64,000 nt of DNA from an uncultured Chloroflexia bacterium. Lineage in GTDB: Bacteria; Chloroflexota; Dehalococcoidia; DSTF01; WHTK01. The number at the start of each line of letters is the position of its first letter. Position 1 is the first letter of the stretch. The stretch spans positions 30,972 to 94,971 of the forward strand of contig CAVSWS010000020.1 of the NCBI GenBank assembly GCA_963731765.1, in the 5' to 3' direction. Under the pieces are notes generated by a model. The model ran no database searches. It was not told the origin of the DNA and saw only the letters and a program-made list of their open reading frames with translations. Positions 41,644-53,182 of the stretch are shown piece after piece. Both the position numbers and the translations under genes were made by a program.

Positions 41644-42978
41644 CTAAGCGACTTCGAGGCGCCTGGCCTTGCCTCTAACGCCTTTGAGCCACGCCAACAA
41701 GGCCAGCGTCACCAACACTACCGCTACGGTCTCAAGCACCACGGTTACCGGCAGAGCGTCCAGCATCAGGCCAACGAGGAACGTCGGCACGAGGGCCGCG
41801 ATGCTGGCGATCGCCGACTGGGTCGAGAACACCTGGGCAATCACGTTCGCCGGAGAGCGCCGGTAAACCTCCGTGCGTGATGCGACCTGCACGAAGCTGA
41901 CGCCGAGTCCCGCAGGCGGCAGCAAGAACATCGTCGCCGTGATTGAGTCGGAGACGCCGACCCAGCGCTGGAAGTCTCGGAACGGGCCCAGGTACTTCGT
42001 CATCTCCGGTGCGATCGTGTCGATGAACGGCAACGTGACGAGCGCGGTCGTGAACAGTACGAAGCCTACGATCGCCAGCCAGCGCGCCGGCACTATCGTC
42101 AGCAGCAGCGGCGCGAACAGCAGCCCCAGGGCAATGCCGATGGCGCCCGGCAGGGCGATGTAGATGGCGTAGGTGGCATCCGCGTTCAGGGTCTTTTCGA
42201 TGAACACGGGGGCGATGACGATGAAAGAGAGCATGCCCGTGTCGAGCAGGATCCGCAGCAGGGTGATGCTTGCGAGATCGGGATCGTCTCGGATCGTACG
42301 GTAGCCGGTGGGCATCGCGCGCCAGGGGGAGAGTCGCTTTGCAGCCTGCTCCTGCTGGGCGCTGAGATCCGGGATCATCGCAAACAGTACGAAGCTGGCG
42401 GCGAACATGAGAAAGACGATGACGTAGAGGCCGTCCTCGGACAGCAGTCGTATGGCAATTGGTGCGACGACCCCCGCGCCCACCAGTTGCCCCGCCAGCG
42501 CCAGGGCCTGCACAAGGGATGACGCCTGAGGCATGTGCTCCTGGGGTACGAGCGCCAGGACGGCGGCGCTCTCCGAGGGCGCGAAGAACTGGTACACGCT
42601 CCAGACCAGGAAGGTCAGGCCAATAACGCCTCCGATCCCGGGCCCGAGGTCGAAGAAGAGGAACACCAGCAGCAACCGGATCAGCATCGTGCCCAGGAGC
42701 GAAGCTTTGTTCGGCGTCAGGTCCGCCAGTAGGCCGCCGGGCACGCTCAGCACGATCGACGGGACGACCGAAGCCAGCACGAAGGCGCTCGTGGCGAGCG
42801 AGGAATCCTCGCGCGTAATCACGGCGATGAACAGGCCGTAGATCAGTGCGTTCTGCCCGGCCAGCGACAGGAACTTCGCCCACAGGTAGCGCACGAAGCG
42901 CTGGTCGCCCAGGAGGCGAAACGTCTCCGCCGCAAGCTCGGGTGGTCCGTGGGGATGCGATTCAGGTTCGACGGTCAC
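41644..42978 (-). CDS. MFS transporter
   Basis: 12-TM profile with the MFS motif 'GGLLADLTPNK'. 444 aa. Confidence 0.8.
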   Translation of the reverse strand: MTVEPESHPHGPPELAAETFRLLGDQRFVRYLWAKFLSLAGQNALIYGLFIAVITREDSSLATSAFVLASVVPSIVLSVPGGLLADLTPNKASLLGTMLIRLLLVFLFFDLGPGIGGVIGLTFLVWSVYQFFAPSESAAVLALVPQEHMPQASSLVQALALAGQLVGAGVVAPIAIRLLSEDGLYVIVFLMFAASFVLFAMIPDLSAQQEQAAKRLSPWRAMPTGYRTIRDDPDLASITLLRILLDTGMLSFIVIAPVFIEKTLNADATYAIYIALPGAIGIALGLLFAPLLLTIVPARWLAIVGFVLFTTALVTLPFIDTIAPEMTKYLGPFRDFQRWVGVSDSITATMFLLPPAGLGVSFVQVASRTEVYRRSPANVIAQVFSTQSAIASIAALVPTFLVGLMLDALPVTVVLETVAVVLVTLALLAWLKGVRGKARRLEVA

Positions 42979-43065
42979 AGAGGGAGAATAGCAATCGAGG
43001 TCGAATGAAGGGGCAGGGACGCCTCGCGGTTTCGCGCTTAATTGTCACTTCGGCATTTCATACGT

Positions 43066-43695
43066 CTACTTCAGCGTGTCGAGCAGCCTTATCAGGTCGT
43101 CCAACGTCAGATTGGCGTCGAGCTCCACGGTGGCGCGATGCTCCAGTGTCTTGTCCTGCCACAGCACGTCGACCTGGTTCGGGTTGATGCCGTATCGGTA
43201 GACCGTTGCCGGCAGGCCGTTCACCTTCACCGGCTCCTCTGTGTGGTCTGGGGGGATCTGGGCCTCGAAGTAAGACGGCCCGAAGTAGGGCGCGGCCTGG
43301 ATCGTCAGGGGCGTACCAGAGGAGTCCTGCAGGTAGCCGAGTGTCACGAAGCCCACGGCCTCACCCTCGACGAGGAATTCGATGGGCCTCGAGCGGTAGG
43401 CTTCGATACGTTCAAGGGCCCAGCCATCGGCGTGGAGCTGCGGGACGTCGTGGCAGATAAACGCCTCGGCGTCCTGCACGTTGTTGAAGATTTCAGTACG
43501 GGGCACATACTCGTCATTGGCGAGCTCATTTGTCGCCATGGCACCCGATGCGCAGGGTGAAGCCTCCGGATTGAACACGGTGTAACCGATGAGCACGACG
43601 ACGATGACAGCGGCAAGGCTGCCGAGGATGAGGGTCACCAATCTGGCGCCGCTCATCCCCCCGGCAGCTTTGTCTCCCGGACCCGGCGTTTGCAC
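43066..43695 (-). CDS. hypothetical membrane-anchored protein (DUF4367-like C-terminal domain)
   Basis: N-terminal TM followed by a beta-rich domain. Start possibly at the internal M14 (MSGARLV...). Confidence 0.4.
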   Translation of the reverse strand: MQTPGPGDKAAGGMSGARLVTLILGSLAAVIVVVLIGYTVFNPEASPCASGAMATNELANDEYVPRTEIFNNVQDAEAFICHDVPQLHADGWALERIEAYRSRPIEFLVEGEAVGFVTLGYLQDSSGTPLTIQAAPYFGPSYFEAQIPPDHTEEPVKVNGLPATVYRYGINPNQVDVLWQDKTLEHRATVELDANLTLDDLIRLLDTLK

Positions 43696-43701
43696 CCGGC
43701 C

Positions 43702-45093
<1,392 letters not shown>

Positions 45094-45213
45094 GAAATCA
45101 GTTTAAGCCTTTGTTGCTTATGCGCAGCCCCGGCTAACCGGATTCGCGGTGGCGCCGGCGTGGCGTAGAATCGGCGCTACTCAGAGCAACCTAACCGAGT
45201 GCGGAGGATGGCA

Positions 45214-45579
45214 ATGGCCTACGACGAGCAGGTGGCAGACCGAGTGCGACAGGCTATCTCCAATCACGGCGGTCTCAGCGAGCGCCGGATGTTTGGCGGC
45301 CTCTGCCTCATGGTCAACGGCAACATGTTCGCGGGCATCCGTGACGACGAGCTCATGCTGCGGGTTGGGCCGGAGCGCTTCGAAGCATTGCTCGCAAAGC
45401 CCGGTGCACGGCCGATGGACTTTACGGGCCGTCCCATGCACGGCTACCTCTACGTTGCGGCCACGGCCTTCGAGCGTGACAAAGACCTCTCGACCTGGCT
45501 CGAGGCCGCGTTGGGCTTCGTCGAGTCGCTGCCGCCGAAGCAGCCCGGCGCGAAGACGTCGAAGCGCAAGAAGGCCTAG
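45214..45579 (+). CDS. TfoX/Sxy N-terminal domain family protein
   Basis: 'RMFGGLCLMVNGNMFAGIRDDELMLRV' matches the TfoX_N pattern. ATG at 45214 with GGAGG 6 nt upstream. Confidence 0.65.
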   Translation: MAYDEQVADRVRQAISNHGGLSERRMFGGLCLMVNGNMFAGIRDDELMLRVGPERFEALLAKPGARPMDFTGRPMHGYLYVAATAFERDKDLSTWLEAALGFVESLPPKQPGAKTSKRKKA

Positions 45580-46416
45580 CGCTCAGGCGTCAGCGCGATG
45601 TCGAAGACGGCCTCCAGGCTCCCGTCGTCCCGCTTCTGGAACTCAAGAATCAAGGAGTCACGCACGCCAAACACCGCGTCCGACTTCAGGTACTGCGACT
45701 CGCTGTCGAAAAAGTGCGTCGTCACGGGGTAGAAGCCGGGAGCGCTGACAATGAAGTGGGTGTGCGCCGGTCGCATCGAGGTACGCCCCGTCGCTTCGAG
45801 CAGGCTGCCGACCGGGCCGTCGGTTGGCACAGAGTAGTCGAGGGGGCGCGTGGTAATGAAGCTGTAGCGGCCGTCGGCGTCCGTGGTAAAGATGCCCCGC
45901 ATGTTCATCGGGTCCTGCGCGGGATCCTGCATGGGGTAGAAGCCGTTGGCGGCGTTCTGCCAGATATCGACCTGCGCACCGGCGACAGGCTTGCCAGCCT
46001 CGTCAGTTACCCGGCCGCTGAACGTGCAGGATGGGCGCATCTCCCGTCTCGGTGATAACGATGGAGTCGCCGTTTTCGCGGTGCGCCGAGCCGTCGACGT
46101 GGAAGGGGCCGAGCACGGTCTGCTCCGTCGCCGCCGCCGTGCCGTTGTAGTCGAGCATCTCGACCAGGCTCGAGAGTCCGAGCACGTCCGATAGCAGGAT
46201 CACCTCCTGCCGCGAGTCGTCCGACATCTGGCCGCACGCGGTGAGGAACTGGACGCCCGCTTCCCACTCCTGGTGCGTCAGGTTCACCTCGGACGCGAAG
46301 GCGTGCAGATGCCGCACCAGCGCCCCGACAATCTCCTTCAGTCGTGGATTTTCGATGTTTGCGAAGGTCGCCAGGACGTTGTCGAGCAGGGCCTGCTCGG
46401 AGGTAGTGGTAGACAT
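45576..46416 (-). pseudogene. intradiol ring-cleavage dioxygenase (catechol/hydroxyquinol 1,2-dioxygenase-like) split by a frameshift
   Basis: N-terminal domain ORF 46416-46003 (Dioxygenase_N-like 'RLKEIVGALVRHLHAFASEVNLTHQEWEAGVQFL') and catalytic-domain ORF 46040-45576 ('SGRVTDEAGKPVAGAQVDIWQ...RPAHTHF') are in different frames. They join near 46020-46040. Confidence 0.7.
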
Positions 46417-46545
46417 CGGTTGTGCCTCCTCGGTAGGGCAATTTGTGCGCCTAAGCTAGCACAAGCGAGTGTTGGTTCGCCCGCATCGTGCGATACCCAA
46501 CGTAACTGAGGTGTCCTCACGCCGACTACGACTGTGGAGAACCGA

Positions 46546-47658
46546 TCACGCCTGCGCTGCGTCCACCACCACCATGGCGCGACCCGTGATCTCGCCCCTG
46601 GCGAGGGCGTCGTAGGCCGCCGCGGCGGTGTCGAGGGTGAAGTGCTGCGTGATGAGCTGCTCCGTTGACACCTCCCCGCGTGCCACGAGGTCGATAAGCG
46701 GCGGCAGGTCGGAGCGCATGCGGGCGCCGAAGGAGCCGAGCAGGCTGACGCTGCGCCGCACGAGGCGGGTGATCTCGATCGAGACCGCGACGGACGTGGG
46801 CGCCAGTCCGACGACCACCGCTTTGCCGCCCTCCTTTACGCTGTCGAACGCCGTTAGCACGGTCTCGGGCCGGCCGAGCGCCTCGAAAGCGACGTCGACA
46901 CCCTTGCCGCCCGTGAGCTCACGGATCTGCGCAGCGGGGTCTCCTTCGGCACCGTTCACGCCCTGGGTAGCGCCGAGACGCCGGGCTGCAGCCAGTTTGT
47001 CCTCCCGGATGTCGACTGCGATCACCTCCGCGGCGCCGAACGCCCTTGCGACCTGGATGATGTTCGAGCCCACACCACCGACGCCGACGACCGCTACAGT
47101 CTGGCCCGGCCGCACGTCGCCCTGATGGCGCACCGCGCTGTATGCCGTTGGCACCGCGCAGCCCAGGATGCAGGCCTCGTGTAGTTTCACCTCGGGAGGG
47201 ATGGGAAACACCGCCGTGGCCGGCGCGACGCTGTACTCGGCCAGGCCTGACATGCTGTACATCGCCAGTGGCGTGCCGTCGCTGCGATGCAGGCGGGTTT
47301 CGCCGTCGTAGAGCACGCCCTTCGCGCGGTGGACGCTGAAGAACGTCTCGCACAGGTCGTCGCGGCCTCGGACGCACGCCGGGCACTTACCGCAGGGCAG
47401 GATGAAGGTCGAAACGACACGGTCGCCGGGCCTCACGTTCGTCACGTCCGGCGCCACTTCGACGACGGTGCCGGACATCTCATGGCCCAGCACGGTCGGC
47501 GTCGGGTACGGCAGCTCGCCCTTGATCACGTGCAGGTCGGAGTGGCAGACACCGCAGGCCGCGACCTTGATCAGCACCTCGCCCTGTCGTGGCCTGGGTT
47601 GCGGGATGTCCTCTACGAAAAGAGGTTTGCCGACGCCTTCGAAGATCGCTGCTCGCAT
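46546..47658 (-). CDS. Zn-dependent alcohol dehydrogenase (MDR family)
   Basis: 'CGVCHSDLHV' catalytic zinc and 'GVGGVGSNIIQVA' Rossmann. Start at ATG 47658 with a GGGAGG RBS. Confidence 0.8.
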   Translation of the reverse strand: MRAAIFEGVGKPLFVEDIPQPRPRQGEVLIKVAACGVCHSDLHVIKGELPYPTPTVLGHEMSGTVVEVAPDVTNVRPGDRVVSTFILPCGKCPACVRGRDDLCETFFSVHRAKGVLYDGETRLHRSDGTPLAMYSMSGLAEYSVAPATAVFPIPPEVKLHEACILGCAVPTAYSAVRHQGDVRPGQTVAVVGVGGVGSNIIQVARAFGAAEVIAVDIREDKLAAARRLGATQGVNGAEGDPAAQIRELTGGKGVDVAFEALGRPETVLTAFDSVKEGGKAVVVGLAPTSVAVSIEITRLVRRSVSLLGSFGARMRSDLPPLIDLVARGEVSTEQLITQHFTLDTAAAAYDALARGEITGRAMVVVDAAQA

Positions 47659-48155
47659 GATTGCCTCCCGGTTGACGTGTGTTCTGATTCGAAGCCGGAT
47701 GCAATCTAGCACCTGAACCGGGAGGGTCGCTATGAGGGCGGTTCTAGCGCAGTACGACAAAGACGAGGAGGAGCGCGAAGACGACGAGGGCCGCCGTCAG
47801 GACGGGCAGAATGACTCGTCCGTAAGCCGCCCAGTCCTGCATGGCTACGTTCGATTCCTCCTGCGCTTGCCGGCCGAACCGCCCTGTTCGCGCCAGGAGG
47901 AGGAACGGCGCGCTGAGCATCGAAAGCAGGTACCAGACGCCTCGATTGTTGTTCATCGCCTCGATCTTACGCCCTCTACGCCTGCTGCCAGCATCGAACC
48001 CGCCGGCGGTCCTCTCGCGCTCCCGGGCGAAAGATCAGCTATGGAACCTCCGTTATCCTGTAGATGCTGAGAAGACGCCTCAAAGCCATCGTGCCATACG
48101 CAACCCCCTCGACCGGCCTTGCAGCATTCGAGGAGGCCCCGGAGCCCGCGAGGAT

Positions 48156-49106
48156 ATGCAGCCAGCTATTACGCCCGAAAGCCTGATCGAAGCCCGCGGC
48201 CTGACGAAGCGCTACGGCGACTTCACCGCGGTCGACGCCATCGACTTCGAGGTTGTGCGCGGCGAGTGCTTCGGCTTCCTCGGCCCCAATGGTGCCGGCA
48301 AGACAACGACGATCCGCATGATCTGCTGCGTATCGCCGGTCACGAGCGGTTCGTTGCGGGTGCTGGGCATGGACCCGGGCGAGGCGCCTCGACTGATCAA
48401 GGCGCGCCTCGGTGTCGTTCCCCAGGACGACAACCTCGATCCCGATCTCACCGTGATCGAGAACCTGCTGGCCTACGCGCGCTACTTCGACATTCCCAAG
48501 GCGGAAGCTCGCGACCGCGCCCGCGATGCGCTGGAGGTCATGGCGCTCACCGACAAGTCGGCTGCCAAGATCGAGGCGCTCTCCGGCGGCATGAAACGCC
48601 GGCTCACTGTGGCACGTGCCCTCGTTAGCCGGCCTGAGCTGCTGATCCTGGATGAGCCCACGACGGGCCTCGACCCGCAGGCGCGGCAGCTGTTCTGGCA
48701 GAAGCTGCGCGCGCTCAAACGCCAGGGCATCACGATGCTCTTGACGACGCACTACATGGAGGAAGCCGCCCAGCTGTGCGATCGCGTCCTGATCATCGAC
48801 GGCTCACACATCATCGAGCGGGGGACGCCCGCGGAGCTCATCGAGCGCATCATCGGCGAGCAGGTGATCGAGCTGCGCTTCGATGGCACGCCCTCACCGG
48901 CGGCCGTAGCTGAGATCCGTAGCCTCTCCAACGGCTTCAGCGTCGAAGAGACGGAGGACACGGTGTTCCTCTACGAAGCGCACGGCAGGCGCCTGACATC
49001 GCTGGACCTCGATGGCTTTGAGGGCGTGGCGCGCGAGGTGATCCAACGTCGCGCCTCGCTGGAGGATGTCTTCCTGCGCCTGACCGGGAGGGCTTTGATC
49101 GAATGA
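48156..49106 (+). CDS. ABC transporter ATP-binding protein (ABC-2/DrrA-like)
   Basis: Walker A 'GPNGAGKTTT', signature 'LSGGMKRRL' and Walker B 'LLILDEPT'. Confidence 0.85.
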   Translation: MQPAITPESLIEARGLTKRYGDFTAVDAIDFEVVRGECFGFLGPNGAGKTTTIRMICCVSPVTSGSLRVLGMDPGEAPRLIKARLGVVPQDDNLDPDLTVIENLLAYARYFDIPKAEARDRARDALEVMALTDKSAAKIEALSGGMKRRLTVARALVSRPELLILDEPTTGLDPQARQLFWQKLRALKRQGITMLLTTHYMEEAAQLCDRVLIIDGSHIIERGTPAELIERIIGEQVIELRFDGTPSPAAVAEIRSLSNGFSVEETEDTVFLYEAHGRRLTSLDLDGFEGVAREVIQRRASLEDVFLRLTGRALIE

Positions 49107-49921
49107 ACCTGACCCTGCCGCGGGGTTCAGCCCGCGGTGCATTCGATATCGATGTCTCCTACCGCGCCTTCAAGGTATGGCAGCGCAACCGCGATGTGTT
49201 CATGCACATCTGGCGGGCCGAGATGATCTGGCCCATCTTCGAGCCGCTGATCGTCATGCTCGGCCTCGGGCTGGGCCTGGGCAAGTTCGTGGAGCTGGAG
49301 TCCGGTCAGAACTACATCCAGTTCATCACACCGGGCGTCATGGCGGCGTTCCCGATGTGGGGCACCATCGCTGAGGGTGGGTGGGCGTCTTACAACCGCA
49401 TGGAGAACCAGAAGACCTTCGCGGCGATGATCGCGACGCCGGTGAGCATCGACGACGTGATCACGGGCGAGGTGATCTGGGCCGCGACAAAGGGGGCGAT
49501 CAGCGCCGTCTACATCGTCATCGTGGCGGCGTGCCTGACACCGTTCTGGGACCTGATCCAGTCGCCGCTGGTGATCTTCGTGCTGCCCACGGCGTTCCTC
49601 GCGGGTCTCATGTTCGGGGCGATGGCCCTGCTGGCGACCTCATACGTGAGCAGCGTCAGCCAGCTCGCCTACTTCGTCAGCATCGTGATCATGCCGATGT
49701 TCTGGATCGGCGGCGTCTTCTTCCCGCTCTCCGAGATGCCCGAAGGCGTCCGCTTCGTTAGCTGGTTCATGCCCCTGCGCCACGTCGTCGACGTTCAGCG
49801 GGGCCTGGTCACCGGCAACCTCGACTGGGCGATGCTGCTCGATATGGCCTGGATCCTCGTCGTGACGGCCGTGCTCTACCGCGCTGTGCTCTGGTCCATG
49901 CGCAGAAGGCTGATCAAATAG
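49103..49921 (+). CDS. ABC-2 type transporter permease
   Basis: Six-TM ABC-2 permease overlapping the ATPase stop (ATGA). 272 aa. Confidence 0.8.
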   Translation: MNLTLPRGSARGAFDIDVSYRAFKVWQRNRDVFMHIWRAEMIWPIFEPLIVMLGLGLGLGKFVELESGQNYIQFITPGVMAAFPMWGTIAEGGWASYNRMENQKTFAAMIATPVSIDDVITGEVIWAATKGAISAVYIVIVAACLTPFWDLIQSPLVIFVLPTAFLAGLMFGAMALLATSYVSSVSQLAYFVSIVIMPMFWIGGVFFPLSEMPEGVRFVSWFMPLRHVVDVQRGLVTGNLDWAMLLDMAWILVVTAVLYRAVLWSMRRRLIK

Positions 49922-49948
49922 ACCCGGTCGCATGGACGCGACCGGGTC
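49921..49948 (+). terminator. hairpin after the ABC permease gene
   Basis: gacccggtcgc-atggac-gcgaccgggtc immediately after the stop. Confidence 0.4.
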
Positions 49949-50020
49949 TTGGAGGCGGGCTGAGGAGATGGTTGCCGGGCAGGGCGTCCTTTTCAATCTC
50001 ACTGCTTCGCTGCGACGAGC

Positions 50021-51058
50021 CTAACCCAGGATGCTGGCCATGGCGGCGTAGCGGATGGGGTCGATCTGCTGGAGCTGCTGCGGGTTGCTTTCGTAGAGGC
50101 CACAGCTGATGCCGAAGTCCTCGATGGCGTTGTGGGCGCCGGGCTCGATGGCCCACTGGCCGGTGGCGGGCCAGGCGGTCGTGACCTGCGCGGTCCACGC
50201 CTGGCCTTCACTGGTTGCCAGCCATTCGTGCAGGTCGTAAGGCATCGCAGGCGCCACGCCCAGCTCGCTCTCGATCATGAGGTGCTGATGCGCGTGGCAG
50301 GCTTCGTGCTGCAGCGTCCATGCCGACTGGTTGGGATAGACAACGGCGGTGCTGGTTGGCGCCCAGTAGAAGTTCGCGGGCGTCGCACCAAACGGGCAGA
50401 TGCCGTTAGCCAAACAGCCAACCAACGAGACCTGTACAGAGTAGCCGGCGGGAAGGGACATCCCTGTCGCCTGCGCGACTTCGATTTGCTCCTGCGCGGG
50501 CGTGGCGGCCAGGGCTGCGGCGGGTGCCTGCTGTACCGGCGGAGCAGCCGCCTCTGCAGCTTCCTGTACTGGCGTGGCAACCGCAGCAGTCGCCTCGACG
50601 TCCTGCTGGATGGGCGTCGCGGTTGGCGCGGGCGTCGCCGCTTCCTCTTGAGCTGGAGTGGCTACCGCGGCGGACACTTCAGCCACCTGAGTGGCGGTTG
50701 CCGTCGGCTGGACTGCGGAGGCCCCATTGTCCATCTCCGGACTGGATGCGCCGAAGTCCGGCACGAACGCGACGACGGCCACCGGTGTCGCCAAGTGGGC
50801 TTCACGACTGGGTACGGCGTCTGTCGACACTGCGATAACGCCAATTGCCAGGGCGCTGACTGCAAGCCCGGAGACAATCGCCGCGAGAAGCCGCCGGTCT
50901 GCAAGCCGGGAGCGGCGCCCAGAGGAGGGCGAAGTTGGCAGGGAAGAATTGGCTGCAGGGGTCTGTCGGGTGCGCGCAGATGTGCGGAAAAGGGAGATCA
51001 TCGAAGAAACCGCCTTTTGTGTCGGCGGTTTCACCTCTGGCCGTCCCGGTTGGAACAC
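50021..51058 (-). CDS. hypothetical membrane-anchored protein with Ala/Thr/Pro/Gln-rich tandem-repeat linker and C-terminal HExxH-like domain
   Basis: TM segment, imperfect repeats (VATPAQEEAATPAPTATPIQQD...), and C-terminal 'LQHEACHAHQH'. The real start is perhaps the internal M (MISLF...). Confidence 0.5.
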   Translation of the reverse strand: MFQPGRPEVKPPTQKAVSSMISLFRTSARTRQTPAANSSLPTSPSSGRRSRLADRRLLAAIVSGLAVSALAIGVIAVSTDAVPSREAHLATPVAVVAFVPDFGASSPEMDNGASAVQPTATATQVAEVSAAVATPAQEEAATPAPTATPIQQDVEATAAVATPVQEAAEAAAPPVQQAPAAALAATPAQEQIEVAQATGMSLPAGYSVQVSLVGCLANGICPFGATPANFYWAPTSTAVVYPNQSAWTLQHEACHAHQHLMIESELGVAPAMPYDLHEWLATSEGQAWTAQVTTAWPATGQWAIEPGAHNAIEDFGISCGLYESNPQQLQQIDPIRYAAMASILG

Positions 51059-51370
51059 TTCGAGGCATTGGTGACCACATCGGGCGCCAGTTTCCTGGTG
51101 AGCCCAGCCTCGAAGTACAGCCCGACTATTTAGTTATCTACACATAAGAACGCAGGCTCTGCCCCGGCGTTGCACGATGCCGGGCATGCGCGGTGATTGG
51201 GCGAAGCGAGAGTCTTGCGATGTCGCCGTGAGCCGCATGCAATCCCGGAGCGTCGTGGGCGGGCTCCAGATTTTCGGGCTGGAGCCGATTTCGTAGCACT
51301 GGAGTGTCGGTGCGTTTGACACGGGCGTTCGTGGACGATACGTTTAAGCCCCCGCCACTGGAGAAGTGGC

Positions 51371-51619
51371 ATGGCCTTCGAGCCCAACCCCTCTTATCTC
51401 ACCGTCGAGCAGGCTGCTGCTTACATGGGTGTCACGACCGGCGCGATTCGACGCCTTCTGCGTCAGTACGGCATGGGCGAATTCCTGCGAGCCTCCATCA
51501 GCAAGCAGGTCCTGATCCGGCGCGAAGATCTCGATGCTATCGACCTCAGTAGAGGCGGTTTGCGTCCCGTCGGAGGTAAGGCTGCTTCGGACGGTGCCCG
51601 CCGCGTAGGTGTCGCCTGA
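51371..51619 (+). CDS. helix-turn-helix DNA-binding protein (excisionase/MerR-like HTH_17 type)
   Basis: 'LTVEQAAAYMGVTTGAIRRLLRQYGM' is the HTH motif. 82 aa, upstream of a Rieske oxygenase. Confidence 0.55.
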   Translation: MAFEPNPSYLTVEQAAAYMGVTTGAIRRLLRQYGMGEFLRASISKQVLIRREDLDAIDLSRGGLRPVGGKAASDGARRVGVA

Positions 51620-51772
51620 CTCCAACCGGCTCACTTGGTAACCCATGAATAGCTACGGGATTCATCCCGTGGTTTCGTCCACGCGTCGAACGCGCCTCGC
51701 GAAAGATGCATCTTCACGCTGGATGGTTCAGAATGAGCGCCAATTCGAACACGCCTGAACGAGGGACAAGAG

Positions 51773-53089
51773 ATGCTCACACCTGACGACAACCAGATCC
51801 TTACGCGCGTAGGCCCAGGGACGCTCATGGGCAACCTGCTGCGCCGCTACTGGCAGCCGGCATTGCTCTCCAGCGAGGTGGCCGAGCCGGACAGCCCGCC
51901 CCTGCGCGTGCGTCTGCTTGGTGAGGACCTCATCGCCTTCCGCGACAGCACCGGCGCCGTCGGTCTCGTCGCCAACGCCTGTCCACACCGGGGCGCTTCG
52001 ATGTTCTTCGGGCGCAACGAGGAGGCCGGGCTGCGCTGCGTGTACCACGGCTGGAAGTTCGACGTGAACGGCACGTGTGTCGACATGCCGTCTGAGCCTG
52101 CCGAGAGCAACTTCAAGACCAAGGTGCGCATAAAGGCTTACCCGACACACGAGTCCGGCGGCGTGGTCTGGACCTACATGGGTCCGGCGGAGTCTCGCCC
52201 AGAGTGGCGTCCGATCGTGTCGGACGCCCTGCCGCAGGAGAACTGGAAGGCGTTGAAGGTCGAGGGCCTGTGCAACTGGGTGCAGAGCCTCGAAGGCAAC
52301 ATCGACGCCACCCACACGTCGTGGCTGCACCGACGACTCGAGTTCGAGACCTTCCAGCCGGACGAATCGGACAGGCCGGGCTACCCGACACTGAACATGA
52401 CGTTCTTGATCTGGGCCCACGACGGCGCGCCGGTGCTGGAGACGCATGACACGTGGTACGGCTTCCGATACGCCGGCCTGCGCAAGACCCCGGGCGGCTA
52501 CACCCACGCGCGGGTGACCGACTTCATCATGCCGTCCCTGAGCTACATCCCGGTCGCACCCGTGGGCGCGAACGACTGCATCATCGTGGTGCCGATGGAC
52601 GACGAGCGGCACTGGCGCTACCACATCTCGACCAAGCCGGCGGTGCGCATGACCGACGGTACGCTGCAGGTGATACCGGGCAACCGCCCCGGCGGGATCA
52701 TGGAGCGCACGTGGCTGCCGGAGAACGACTACAACATCGATCGGGCGGACCAGAAGGTGAACAACTACACGGGCATCTCCGGCGGCGCCATCCCGCAGGA
52801 CCAGGCCGTCACCGAGAGCATGGGCACGATTTACGACCGCACCGCCGAGCATCTCGGCACATCCGACAAGGCGATTATCCGAATGCGGCGCATGCTCATC
52901 GATGCGGCGAAGAACCTCGCCGAAGGCATCGAGCCGCCCGCCGTCGACCCGGCGCTGGATTACAACGACTTCCGCAGCGCCGAAAAGATCCTCGAGCCTG
53001 AAGAGGACTGGCGACGCCTCGGCACGCAGGCTGACCCGGTCATGGCCCAACTTCAGCCTCTGATGGCCGCCCAGCGAGGCGGAACGTAA
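51773..53089 (+). CDS. Rieske [2Fe-2S] non-heme iron oxygenase, alpha-subunit type
   Basis: Rieske motif 'CPHRGASMFFGR...CVYHGWKF' and catalytic His/Asp region ('NWVQSLEGNIDATHTSWLHRR'). Confidence 0.85.
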   Translation: MLTPDDNQILTRVGPGTLMGNLLRRYWQPALLSSEVAEPDSPPLRVRLLGEDLIAFRDSTGAVGLVANACPHRGASMFFGRNEEAGLRCVYHGWKFDVNGTCVDMPSEPAESNFKTKVRIKAYPTHESGGVVWTYMGPAESRPEWRPIVSDALPQENWKALKVEGLCNWVQSLEGNIDATHTSWLHRRLEFETFQPDESDRPGYPTLNMTFLIWAHDGAPVLETHDTWYGFRYAGLRKTPGGYTHARVTDFIMPSLSYIPVAPVGANDCIIVVPMDDERHWRYHISTKPAVRMTDGTLQVIPGNRPGGIMERTWLPENDYNIDRADQKVNNYTGISGGAIPQDQAVTESMGTIYDRTAEHLGTSDKAIIRMRRMLIDAAKNLAEGIEPPAVDPALDYNDFRSAEKILEPEEDWRRLGTQADPVMAQLQPLMAAQRGGT

Positions 53090-53182
53090 TAGCCGAGGAC
53101 GCCTTTCGTCCCAACTAGTCGCTCTTCAACTCGCTTGTCGCTCCGGTCGCAGTGACCGGGACGACAGGCCAGGGGCTAACGT

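Noticed and set aside
47744-47956. 70-aa ORF with a C-terminal TM helix upstream of the Zn-ADH gene
   Set aside because: The SD is weak and no homology is recognisable. It could be a real small membrane protein, but the evidence is insufficient to list it as a feature.
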